From NCBI GenBank assembly GCA_013335095.1, contig JAAXWF010000001.1:292268-356267 (forward strand): a DNA stretch of 64,000 bases, given 5' to 3'. The notes below the pieces were generated by a model. It searched no databases. It saw nothing but the letters and a program-made list of their open reading frames with translations, and had not been told where the DNA came from. The position numbers and the translations under genes were made by a program. This document shows positions 56,765 to 64,000 of the stretch, piece after piece (positions within the stretch are counted from its first letter, which is position 1; each line of letters starts with the position of its first letter). The stretch comes from a candidate division WWE3 bacterium (GTDB lineage Bacteria; Patescibacteriota; 4484-211; GCA-002791395).

Positions 56765-58576
56765 TTAAAAACTTTGCATCCTTCTCATTGCCTGAGACAT
56801 TGGCAGAACTTCAATTCCGCTTGAAGAAGCATAATTTACGATTGTTTGAAAATTACTTTGTAGATATTCAATTGATGAACTTGGTGCAGTCGGTGTAATC
56901 CGGTGGAACGTGAGTATTAACCATTCTTTGTTCGCTATCGCTGAATCAATCCAGCCTTGAACCGTTGCGGTACTATCATAATCATGGACGATTCTAGAAT
57001 GAATGGTCATCGGATTCATATAGGAAATTGGTTGATTCGTGTTAACAATAGTACGGGCAAGTGAATAATACTTTTGAGTAAGTGTCATAATACTAGGATT
57101 AACCCCACCGTTAGGATACGCAAAGATTTCTGCACCTCTATATCCGTGTGATTGTAGATATTGTTTGGTTGAGCTCAAGTTACTTTCTTGATCGGCTGCG
57201 GATAGGGTTGTTAAATTGGTTTCGCCATGGCCGCTAATCTCCCACCCAGAATTATGCATTGTGTCAACTTGGGTTTGTGTCATATAGCCATTGGTACCGA
57301 GATATGATGGGATGATAAACAAGTTGCCTTTATAACCTTTGGATTCCATCACTTGCCGGGCTAGCGTATAGTCCGAGCTGTGGCCATCATCAAATGTTAT
57401 GCTTAGCATGCTTCTTGATGAGTTGCTAATAACCCCATATTCATCAAACCATATCGATGGTGTCGTTCCACTATTACCTATTCCACGTACAATTAATTGA
57501 TTCACGGTGGACCAATTTGGACTACCAACAGAAGTAAAATGGGAAGTTGGAATGATAAATTCTATCCATTGATTATTCCAATCGGTAGGGGTTGTTAGTA
57601 ATGGGCGAATACTGGCTTGAAAATGATCGACAAATTGACCATTTGTCGATACCAGCAGACGAACCTCGTTTATATTCGACCAGTTATCTACTTTGACCCA
57701 GATCTTTATGAATTTACCGCTCCAGTCCTGAGTGCCTGAGAGCGTCTTTCTGGCACCAGAGTTTGTTGCATTATTACTTGTTACTACTTTGACTGATGAT
57801 GTCCCACTCTTATAGTCGCTCGTATCATAAGAGATCGTGCCGTTCCCATAAAAGCTCGACCAACCGGATTCCATTTGATCTATGTATACATAGTTGCGTT
57901 GTATTGGTAATACCGAACTATACCCACCCAAAGCCGTGTTTGATTGAATTTGAGTAGTTGTTTCTGCTTTGGTGTAGTATCGATCATCGTGCGCGTGTGT
58001 TGTATCTGATTTATTAGCAAGCAAGGCAGTTGTTTCGGTCTCGGTAAAATATTTGTCATCGTGGTCGTGGGTTGATGCTGATTTACCAGAGAGCGCAGAA
58101 TCAACTTCCGTTTTAGTGTAATAGTTACTCAGTCCGGTGGTGTTTGCTTTGGTATCTAAAAGCGTATTCGATTCGGTCTTTGAATAATAGAGCGAGTTGT
58201 GATCGTGATTTGTATTTGCTTTTGCACCAAGTAAATTACCCGTTTCTGTTTTGGTATAGTAACTATTTTTTGATGTTGCCCAGAGGGGGTCTGATTCAGC
58301 TCCTGGTTTAATATATCGGCTATCCAAAAGCTTTCCGAGATCCGTTTGTTCAAAATTATTTACCAAATAGGTGATTACATCCATAACTACTGATGAAGGC
58401 GCTGTTTTGGACGATGTATCGGGAAGCTTTGAGGCCCCAAGAGTTGGTGTAATAGATTCATTCGCAGATGGATTCGATGGTTCTATTAAGGTATAACGAA
58501 AAACATAAAAATAATACGCATTAATTGAAATGATTCCCGTAAATAATGCTAAAAAAAATTTCCAACGGATTTTCAT
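56765..58576 (-). CDS. Surface protein: N-terminal TM anchor, phage-tail-fibre-type repeats, C-terminal polysaccharide deacetylase (NodB) domain
   Basis: Repeats of about 20 aa YYTKTE(T/V)..LL..KA.T..H.HD (five or more copies, similar to the Phage_fiber_2 repeat). C-terminal TFDDG motif (LSITFDDGHSSDY) and the His pair expected of the NodB homology domain. Confidence 0.55.
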   Translation of the reverse strand: MKIRWKFFLALFTGIISINAYYFYVFRYTLIEPSNPSANESITPTLGASKLPDTSSKTAPSSVVMDVITYLVNNFEQTDLGKLLDSRYIKPGAESDPLWATSKNSYYTKTETGNLLGAKANTNHDHNSLYYSKTESNTLLDTKANTTGLSNYYTKTEVDSALSGKSASTHDHDDKYFTETETTALLANKSDTTHAHDDRYYTKAETTTQIQSNTALGGYSSVLPIQRNYVYIDQMESGWSSFYGNGTISYDTSDYKSGTSSVKVVTSNNATNSGARKTLSGTQDWSGKFIKIWVKVDNWSNINEVRLLVSTNGQFVDHFQASIRPLLTTPTDWNNQWIEFIIPTSHFTSVGSPNWSTVNQLIVRGIGNSGTTPSIWFDEYGVISNSSRSMLSITFDDGHSSDYTLARQVMESKGYKGNLFIIPSYLGTNGYMTQTQVDTMHNSGWEISGHGETNLTTLSAADQESNLSSTKQYLQSHGYRGAEIFAYPNGGVNPSIMTLTQKYYSLARTIVNTNQPISYMNPMTIHSRIVHDYDSTATVQGWIDSAIANKEWLILTFHRITPTAPSSSIEYLQSNFQTIVNYASSSGIEVLPMSQAMRRMQSF

Positions 58577-58762
58577 AGGCAGGTTTTATTCAATACATAC
58601 TCACAATCATAACCGAAAAGGTTGATTATGATGTTCATACATACTATTTGTATTACGGATTTCAATTTTATGCAATTTTTTCTTTAAAAAAATGATTAAC
58701 TAGAGTTGATGTATAAATAAAAAATGCCAGGTACTCACTTTGGGTGAGCACCTGGCATGGTC

Positions 58763-60439
58763 TTAAGGCGGCGGCATGTTTACTCCCTCTGGGGGAGGTT
58801 GTTCAAGCCGCCTTTCCTCCACGAACTGTTGGAGCGCGTCCCGATTGATTTTACAGACCTCAACGGTGTCTTTAAACCCGTCGAAGACCTGTACCGTCGC
58901 ACAGTAGCGCGCTACATTCCGTCGACCGCCAATCGCCTGTGGAATATCGGCGGTCGTTGAGCGATACAGCCCAAGGTATTCTACTTTCAGAGCAAGTAGC
59001 TCCTCGGGTGAGCTCTGATCGATCCGGGCATATGGCTGGGGAATGAGTACCCCAATATATGGTTCCGTACCGATTATCGCGTCTTGCGGTAGCATTGCCC
59101 CCATGAAGTCGGCAGACCGCTCTACCGCATTTCCTCGTGCAGTCAGAACACGGGTATAGTAGGTCCCCGCATTCATAACTACCACCACTGCTAGTATGAC
59201 CATAGTCGTCTTCGGACGCTTTTTGTAGAGCGTTGTCAGACCAATGGCAAGCAGTGTCAAAAGCGGCAGTTGCCAGAGCATGAAGTAGTGCGGACTTTTA
59301 AGGGCCGCACCGGCTCCAAATACTAAGGCGCCTACCGACCACGCGACGATCACCCAGGTAACCCGCTGCATCTGCAGACTCTCGACGATGCGCTGGACTG
59401 CTTTTGCAGATCTAAAGGTTACTCCAAGGCCTACTCCTACAAGCATCAGATACTGATTGCTAAAAAGAATTCCGATGCTCAGGAGTCCTGCGCCTACTCC
59501 CCAAGTCAGGGCCGTATGCAGGTTTGGTCGTGCCACGATCCGGCGTAGGATTCGTGACGAGTAACCTGCCGCGGCAATTGCTGCTCCTCCAAGGAGTCCC
59601 ACAATCGTCGTCGGGAAGATCCAGTATCGTTCGGTCACCACCTCTATGATGTGACCGATACCGTAATTAAGTCCTCGCGACGGGCGAAGACCAAATGTTC
59701 GGTACACTTGGACCATAGTCGGCTCGAGCCATTCGCCATGCCACCGGACATACATCGCGGTGCCGTAGGCGATCGTAACGAGCGCTACCATAATTCCAAG
59801 GACGATATGTCCTTTCCAGTGACGTCTGTCAATCAACCAGTACGCCACTACTCCGAAGATCAGGTAGACCCCGATATGCTTATAGATAAACGGAAGTGCT
59901 ATTGCCACTCCCGCGATCATGTAGCGTATCAAGGACTCCTTCCCATCCACCGAAATTGCACGGTAATAGAGGATAACCGCGACCACAATTAAGACCATCT
60001 GGATATTCTCCAGATAGACCATACTGTTGGTCACGACCATCCAGCCATCCAGACCGAGCAGCATCAAACAAATGGTCCCTGCCGGTTTATCAACAACTCG
60101 TCGTAGAAAGATGCTCAGCATCGTGATGGCGAGAGTTGACGTTACTGCCGACAGAAGTCGTGCCTGGATTACCCCAAGTCCGAATACCTGCATCCACCCC
60201 CAGATTACGTAGAATCCGAAGAAGGGGTGGAAGTGGTATGCCCGTACTGCTTCATGCAGCTCTCCCCGAAGGGCTGGGTATCCAACTCGACTGATGAACC
60301 GAGCCGCCGTGTAATTGATAGGCTCGTCCACCTCCATACCAACCTGTTGAGCTGCGATGACTCTTAGGGCTAGTACGATCAGCACTAGGCCGATAAATGC
60401 AAATCGGCTTTCCAAAATCCGTTTACTCATCTTCCTCAC
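58763..60439 (-). CDS. GT-C-fold membrane glycosyltransferase (ArnT/PMT-like), GC-rich
   Basis: 558 aa with 12 or more transmembrane helices and a DE motif in the first extracytoplasmic loop (VGMEVDEP); about 58 % GC. Confidence 0.5.
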   Translation of the reverse strand: MRKMSKRILESRFAFIGLVLIVLALRVIAAQQVGMEVDEPINYTAARFISRVGYPALRGELHEAVRAYHFHPFFGFYVIWGWMQVFGLGVIQARLLSAVTSTLAITMLSIFLRRVVDKPAGTICLMLLGLDGWMVVTNSMVYLENIQMVLIVVAVILYYRAISVDGKESLIRYMIAGVAIALPFIYKHIGVYLIFGVVAYWLIDRRHWKGHIVLGIMVALVTIAYGTAMYVRWHGEWLEPTMVQVYRTFGLRPSRGLNYGIGHIIEVVTERYWIFPTTIVGLLGGAAIAAAGYSSRILRRIVARPNLHTALTWGVGAGLLSIGILFSNQYLMLVGVGLGVTFRSAKAVQRIVESLQMQRVTWVIVAWSVGALVFGAGAALKSPHYFMLWQLPLLTLLAIGLTTLYKKRPKTTMVILAVVVVMNAGTYYTRVLTARGNAVERSADFMGAMLPQDAIIGTEPYIGVLIPQPYARIDQSSPEELLALKVEYLGLYRSTTADIPQAIGGRRNVARYCATVQVFDGFKDTVEVCKINRDALQQFVEERRLEQPPPEGVNMPPP

Positions 60440-60440
60440 C

Positions 60441-62120
60441 TCACAGTTGAAACAACCGTAAGCCCCGCAGGAACTCGGCCAGCCACGGAGGTATCTTACC
60501 CCCTCGCGCAGCTGAGTACCAGTACCCGACGAGCCAGACGGTAATCTGGATGAAGGTGAGGATTGGAAACACCATTGCTTTGATGGTCCCGGCCTTTAGG
60601 GCGTTATACACCCCGAGTGTGCCGAATCCACCGAGCGCAAGTGCTCCAACCATCGCAAGACCAAACAGCCATCCAAAATATGCGATGGCGCTCACCGCGA
60701 AAACGACAGCCCCGAGGATTACTCCTGTGGAGACCACCGCCATCCGGTGCCGATTTTTCGCAAACCGGTTGTTCGGGCGAGCGATTAGGAACTGCCGAGC
60801 GGCCATACCTGTTACCAGATGCTTTGCCAGCCGAAGCTTAACCTCATGCATCCGGTGGTTGTACCACTCGTTGGTTGTCCTAATCGTGACCCCTGCGTTC
60901 ACGATCGTTGAGCTTAGCGCAAAGTCCTCCCACCCCGAAAATCCCTGAGTGGGGAAGTCACCTTCGATGGTGACAAATACCTCGCGCGTAAACGCCAAGC
61001 ATGCCGTTACCGGCAGACCAGTTCCTTTACCAAAGTTGGCTTTGGTTAGGATGGTCGCGTTAAACCTGACGTTCTCCGACAGTAGGGCTTCGTCCGACAT
61101 TAGGGCGAGCAGGCGTTTGTCGCCAGGCATACGAGTTGTTACGCCCGCAATAGCGACCTCGCCTTGCCCCCCAAGCTCGCTAGGAGCCATCAGTCGAACG
61201 ATCTTTTCGCACCAATCCTCCGGTACAAGGATCTTCGCATCAGTTAGGGCGAGGATGTCGCCTGTTGCTGCTGCGAGTCCCGCTTTACGCCGGGCATTGG
61301 TGTCTCGACCCACCAGATTTGATGGTCTGGTGAACGGCACAATCCGAACCTTCCCTGAAACAATGTAGTTGTTCAGAAGTGGGATGGTCGGGTCGGCCAG
61401 TTCGGTGACAATGATAATCTCGTGCACCGGGTAGGTCTGGTTTAGCAGCGCATCTACGCAAGCGTGTATGCGCGTCCTTTCAGTACCATCCGGGAACGTG
61501 ATCATCGCCGGCTCGTTTCGGGCCGGGATTATCACCGAGACTTTAATCCCAGGTGGCGCCTCTCCAGTGATATCGGGCTGGCGCGGGGCCGCCTCCTTGC
61601 GGAAGACAAACCGATCCATTCCCAGATATCGCAGAGAAGTGATTATCACCTGGACTGCGGCTACTGCAACCCACCACGGTTGTCCGAGGTTTAGGATCAG
61701 GTTGTATATCACCTGACCAAGCGGTACGGTGAAGGCCGGTATTAGGTGATACCGCCTCCAGTGTGCCCAAAATTGCTGACTGAATGTGCGGCTTAGCCAA
61801 TCCTTTAGGCGACTCCATCGCGGAGCCGTTTTGGGGAAGCGAGCCGGGACCCATTCGGTTCGGTCTTTCCAGGTCACCCACCGATTTATGGCGAAGTTGA
61901 TCTCGACACTTAGGATCGAGACTACTAAATTCGCCAACCGTGGATTAACCCGGATCCATTCGATCAATACGTAGAGAAGTGCTAATCCAAAGACGAGCAC
62001 CCCTACGCCCACTAGTCCAAATCCGGCGATACGCCGTCCGGCATTTTGGTCCGACAACGGAACCTCCTTTACTATTCGGATTCCTTGTCGAATGCGTCTA
62101 TGCACGCTCCTTTTTATCAA
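60441..62120 (-). CDS. Membrane GT2-family glycosyltransferase with N-terminal GtrA-like domain and C-terminal TM bundle, GC-rich
   Basis: GT2 motif VSVIIPARNEP and the DxD region (LALTDAK); a GtrA-like N-terminal membrane segment (...FAINRWVTWKDR); about 60 % GC; tightly linked to the upstream GT-C gene. Confidence 0.5.
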   Translation of the reverse strand: MIKRSVHRRIRQGIRIVKEVPLSDQNAGRRIAGFGLVGVGVLVFGLALLYVLIEWIRVNPRLANLVVSILSVEINFAINRWVTWKDRTEWVPARFPKTAPRWSRLKDWLSRTFSQQFWAHWRRYHLIPAFTVPLGQVIYNLILNLGQPWWVAVAAVQVIITSLRYLGMDRFVFRKEAAPRQPDITGEAPPGIKVSVIIPARNEPAMITFPDGTERTRIHACVDALLNQTYPVHEIIIVTELADPTIPLLNNYIVSGKVRIVPFTRPSNLVGRDTNARRKAGLAAATGDILALTDAKILVPEDWCEKIVRLMAPSELGGQGEVAIAGVTTRMPGDKRLLALMSDEALLSENVRFNATILTKANFGKGTGLPVTACLAFTREVFVTIEGDFPTQGFSGWEDFALSSTIVNAGVTIRTTNEWYNHRMHEVKLRLAKHLVTGMAARQFLIARPNNRFAKNRHRMAVVSTGVILGAVVFAVSAIAYFGWLFGLAMVGALALGGFGTLGVYNALKAGTIKAMVFPILTFIQITVWLVGYWYSAARGGKIPPWLAEFLRGLRLFQL

Positions 62121-62195
62121 TGTGCCTACATATACAGTATGTAGGGCAGCGTGCTGTTATTATACCCTATAATATTGTGATTATCTATGGATTTT

Positions 62196-62840
62196 CTAAT
62201 TTATTAGGCAAGGAGATACCTCAAGTAATTCTGCTGTTACGATTCTTCTATTTATCGGTAATCCAGGAGGATCACATGTTTGGAGTGTTAATGTTGGCAA
62301 CGATTGATCTTGTTGTAGGGGAGTTAGATCAAATGATTTAACGACGCTATTTTCGCTCACCTGATAATGGTATGTGTTTTCTTTATAGCGGATATAAATG
62401 TCATCACCGAGTTCTAGTTTATGTAGTAGGGTGAAGTATGCCGAGTAGTGTTGTATTTCAAAAATATTTTGAGTGGAGTGAGCAAATAAATAGGTATTTC
62501 CGGGTTCCTCCGATGGGAGATTACTGCCTTTTGCTTGGGCTATGCCTTCTTTTAACGCGTCGAAATATTCCTTTTCATTAGAAACAGATACGTCAGTCTT
62601 TATTGGGGCTACGATTCCAATTTTAGGAATTAATAAGTCGTAGTTACCGTTAGATTGAAGGCATTGATCAATTTCTTCATTGATCGCATGAGATTGTGTT
62701 TTTTGATAAACCGTATAGGTTATTTCTGCTTTCAGTAAAGGGTATGCAGCAGCTATAGTATACAAAAAGCCGACAACCATTAGCAGTCTGGGTAATTGTC
62801 TGATTGTGTATGCTAGAAATCCTTTAGTATCGACTTTCAA
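62196..62840 (-). CDS. Sortase-family transpeptidase, paralog of 46153..47091
   Basis: TLTLQTCDPPGLPINRR and NTYLFAHST motifs as in the other sortase-like gene, with an N-terminal transmembrane helix. Confidence 0.5.
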   Translation of the reverse strand: MKVDTKGFLAYTIRQLPRLLMVVGFLYTIAAAYPLLKAEITYTVYQKTQSHAINEEIDQCLQSNGNYDLLIPKIGIVAPIKTDVSVSNEKEYFDALKEGIAQAKGSNLPSEEPGNTYLFAHSTQNIFEIQHYSAYFTLLHKLELGDDIYIRYKENTYHYQVSENSVVKSFDLTPLQQDQSLPTLTLQTCDPPGLPINRRIVTAELLEVSPCLIN

Positions 62841-62847
62841 CGGGAAT

Positions 62848-63726
62848 TTATAGTTCTTCTAGGCTCAGGCTTCGATCGCCATTCATATCGAGGTGTTCAA
62901 GGTATTTTTCTGTAGTGGCTAATCTCTTATGGCCTGCCATTTTTGAAATTGTTACCAAGCTAGTACCTTGTTTTATATGATGAGCGATCCATGTGTGACG
63001 TAAGTCGTTGACTTTAGCATGCTCAATACCAGCTTTTTCATAATAACGGTCAATGCTTGCGCGTATATTACGAACTAAGAGTGATTTACCAGTTCGAGTA
63101 ACAAAGAGGTGCTCATCTTCGGTCTGTGGTCGTTCTTTTAGATAATCTTGAATAGCCTGTGTTGCGGCTTTATTCAACGGTATTTTTCGACCTAGAGTTG
63201 TTCGAGATTCAGGAATATTTAATGTACCGGTACCAGTTTGATCATCTACTTCAAGATCTTGTGTCTTAATTCGTGCTAATTCGCCGATTCGAATACCGGA
63301 TTGGAGTAATAACTCGATGATCGCATATGTTCTTCGATCATCGCGGGCAGCATCTCTGAGGGCTCGATACTCGGTTTTTGTGAGTATACGAGGTGGAGGT
63401 GTTTCAAATTTAGGATGAGGAATAACAACTGATGGATCTTCGACAACCAGTTCATTTAGTTTCAAAAATCTAAAAAACGTTTTGATTGAGTTAATTTTAC
63501 GAGAGATGCTTTTTTTCGTATAGTTTTCGTCATCTAAGCTAGATAAAAACGATTTTATATCGTCTGTCTGGATGTGGTGGACATGTGATTTCTCACTTGT
63601 TTTATTTATATGATGTAGTAACTGCTCAATGTCTTTTCCGTAAGCAAGAATGGTTGATTCTGCACGATCTTTATTCGAGAGAAATGAGACGAACTGGGCA
63701 TGAGCTTCCTCAAATTTTATCATCAA
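62848..63726 (-). CDS. Tyrosine site-specific recombinase (XerC/XerD-like)
   Basis: C-terminal catalytic motifs ...LRHTWIAHHIKQGTSL...GHKRLATTEKYLEH (R-H-R-Y arrangement) and an N-terminal SAM-like core-binding domain. Confidence 0.75.
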   Translation of the reverse strand: MMIKFEEAHAQFVSFLSNKDRAESTILAYGKDIEQLLHHINKTSEKSHVHHIQTDDIKSFLSSLDDENYTKKSISRKINSIKTFFRFLKLNELVVEDPSVVIPHPKFETPPPRILTKTEYRALRDAARDDRRTYAIIELLLQSGIRIGELARIKTQDLEVDDQTGTGTLNIPESRTTLGRKIPLNKAATQAIQDYLKERPQTEDEHLFVTRTGKSLLVRNIRASIDRYYEKAGIEHAKVNDLRHTWIAHHIKQGTSLVTISKMAGHKRLATTEKYLEHLDMNGDRSLSLEEL

Positions 63727-63841
63727 AAAAGTTTATCACTATAAAATAACGCTGTCAATAGCAAACAATATAGGATAAACAGGCGTAGGTAAAGGCTTCT
63801 TTACTGTATTCGGTTAATGATACCATAGTATATATGTATAT

Positions 63842-64000
63842 GAAATCTTTTTTTATACAGTGGTTGCCTTATGTTCTATTTGTATTGTTGGCTATCAGTT
63901 TTGTAAAAACGATGGTTGATACATATAAAGCTACTGAGCAAGTCCTCTCATTACGTCAAGATGTTCAAGTATTAGAAGATGAAAACCACGAGCTCACTCT
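63842..64000 (+). CDS. Partial ORF (5-prime end): TM helix plus coiled coil, FtsB/DivIC-like septation protein (tentative)
   Basis: MKSFFIQWLPYVLFVLLAISFV...LRQDVQVLEDENHEL; runs off the window end. Confidence 0.25.

Overview
This 64-kb window comes from a compact bacterial genome with a low-GC backbone (about 40-45 % GC by eye) and tightly packed, largely operonic genes. It spans the chromosomal replication-origin neighbourhood: rpmH-rnpA (25..534, minus) and dnaA-dnaN-[PEGA/SH3 gene]-recF (6282..11820, minus), with an array of consensus DnaA boxes (TTATCCACA) between dnaA and dnaN. A tight plus-strand operon at 662..5454 carries a VirB4/TrbE-family ATPase and resembles a minimal type-IV-secretion locus. 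Housekeeping genes that can be recognised from motifs are hisS, purB, def, a SufS-type cysteine desulfurase, mutL, rnhB, lon, an M50 protease, an L,D-transpeptidase, an ABC-F ATPase, an NrnA-like DHH phosphoesterase, a YebC-like protein, a Crp/Fnr regulator, two sortase-like proteins and a Xer-type tyrosine recombinase. Three tRNAs were found by hand folding: Arg-CCG, an unusual Ile-UAU, and Ala-CGC. The most striking feature is a compositional mosaic of at least twelve GC-rich (about 55-68 %) blocks of hypothetical genes embedded in the AT-rich backbone. These include a 3-kb island next to tRNA-Arg (17.6-20.5 kb) with structured tetraloop elements and inverted repeats. Two tandem arrays of divergent paralogs make up most of the rest: three genes at 37.3-40.1 kb and four zinc-ribbon proteins at 48.4-52.3 kb. 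Each gene of the four-gene array is a self-contained cassette with a near-consensus TTGACN17TATACT promoter, a consensus Shine-Dalgarno sequence and its own terminator. Two further paralogs, a SemiSWEET-like pair and a GC-rich membrane glycosyltransferase pair lie nearby. Other oddities are a VKOR-dihydroorotate-dehydrogenase fusion protein, a phased array of the 8-mer TTCCCGCA inside recF that recurs in paired form in several promoters, and a structured non-coding region at 33.65-33.9 kb. No CRISPR array, rRNA or transposase was seen. All calls rest on motif recognition and manual folding; no database searches were run.
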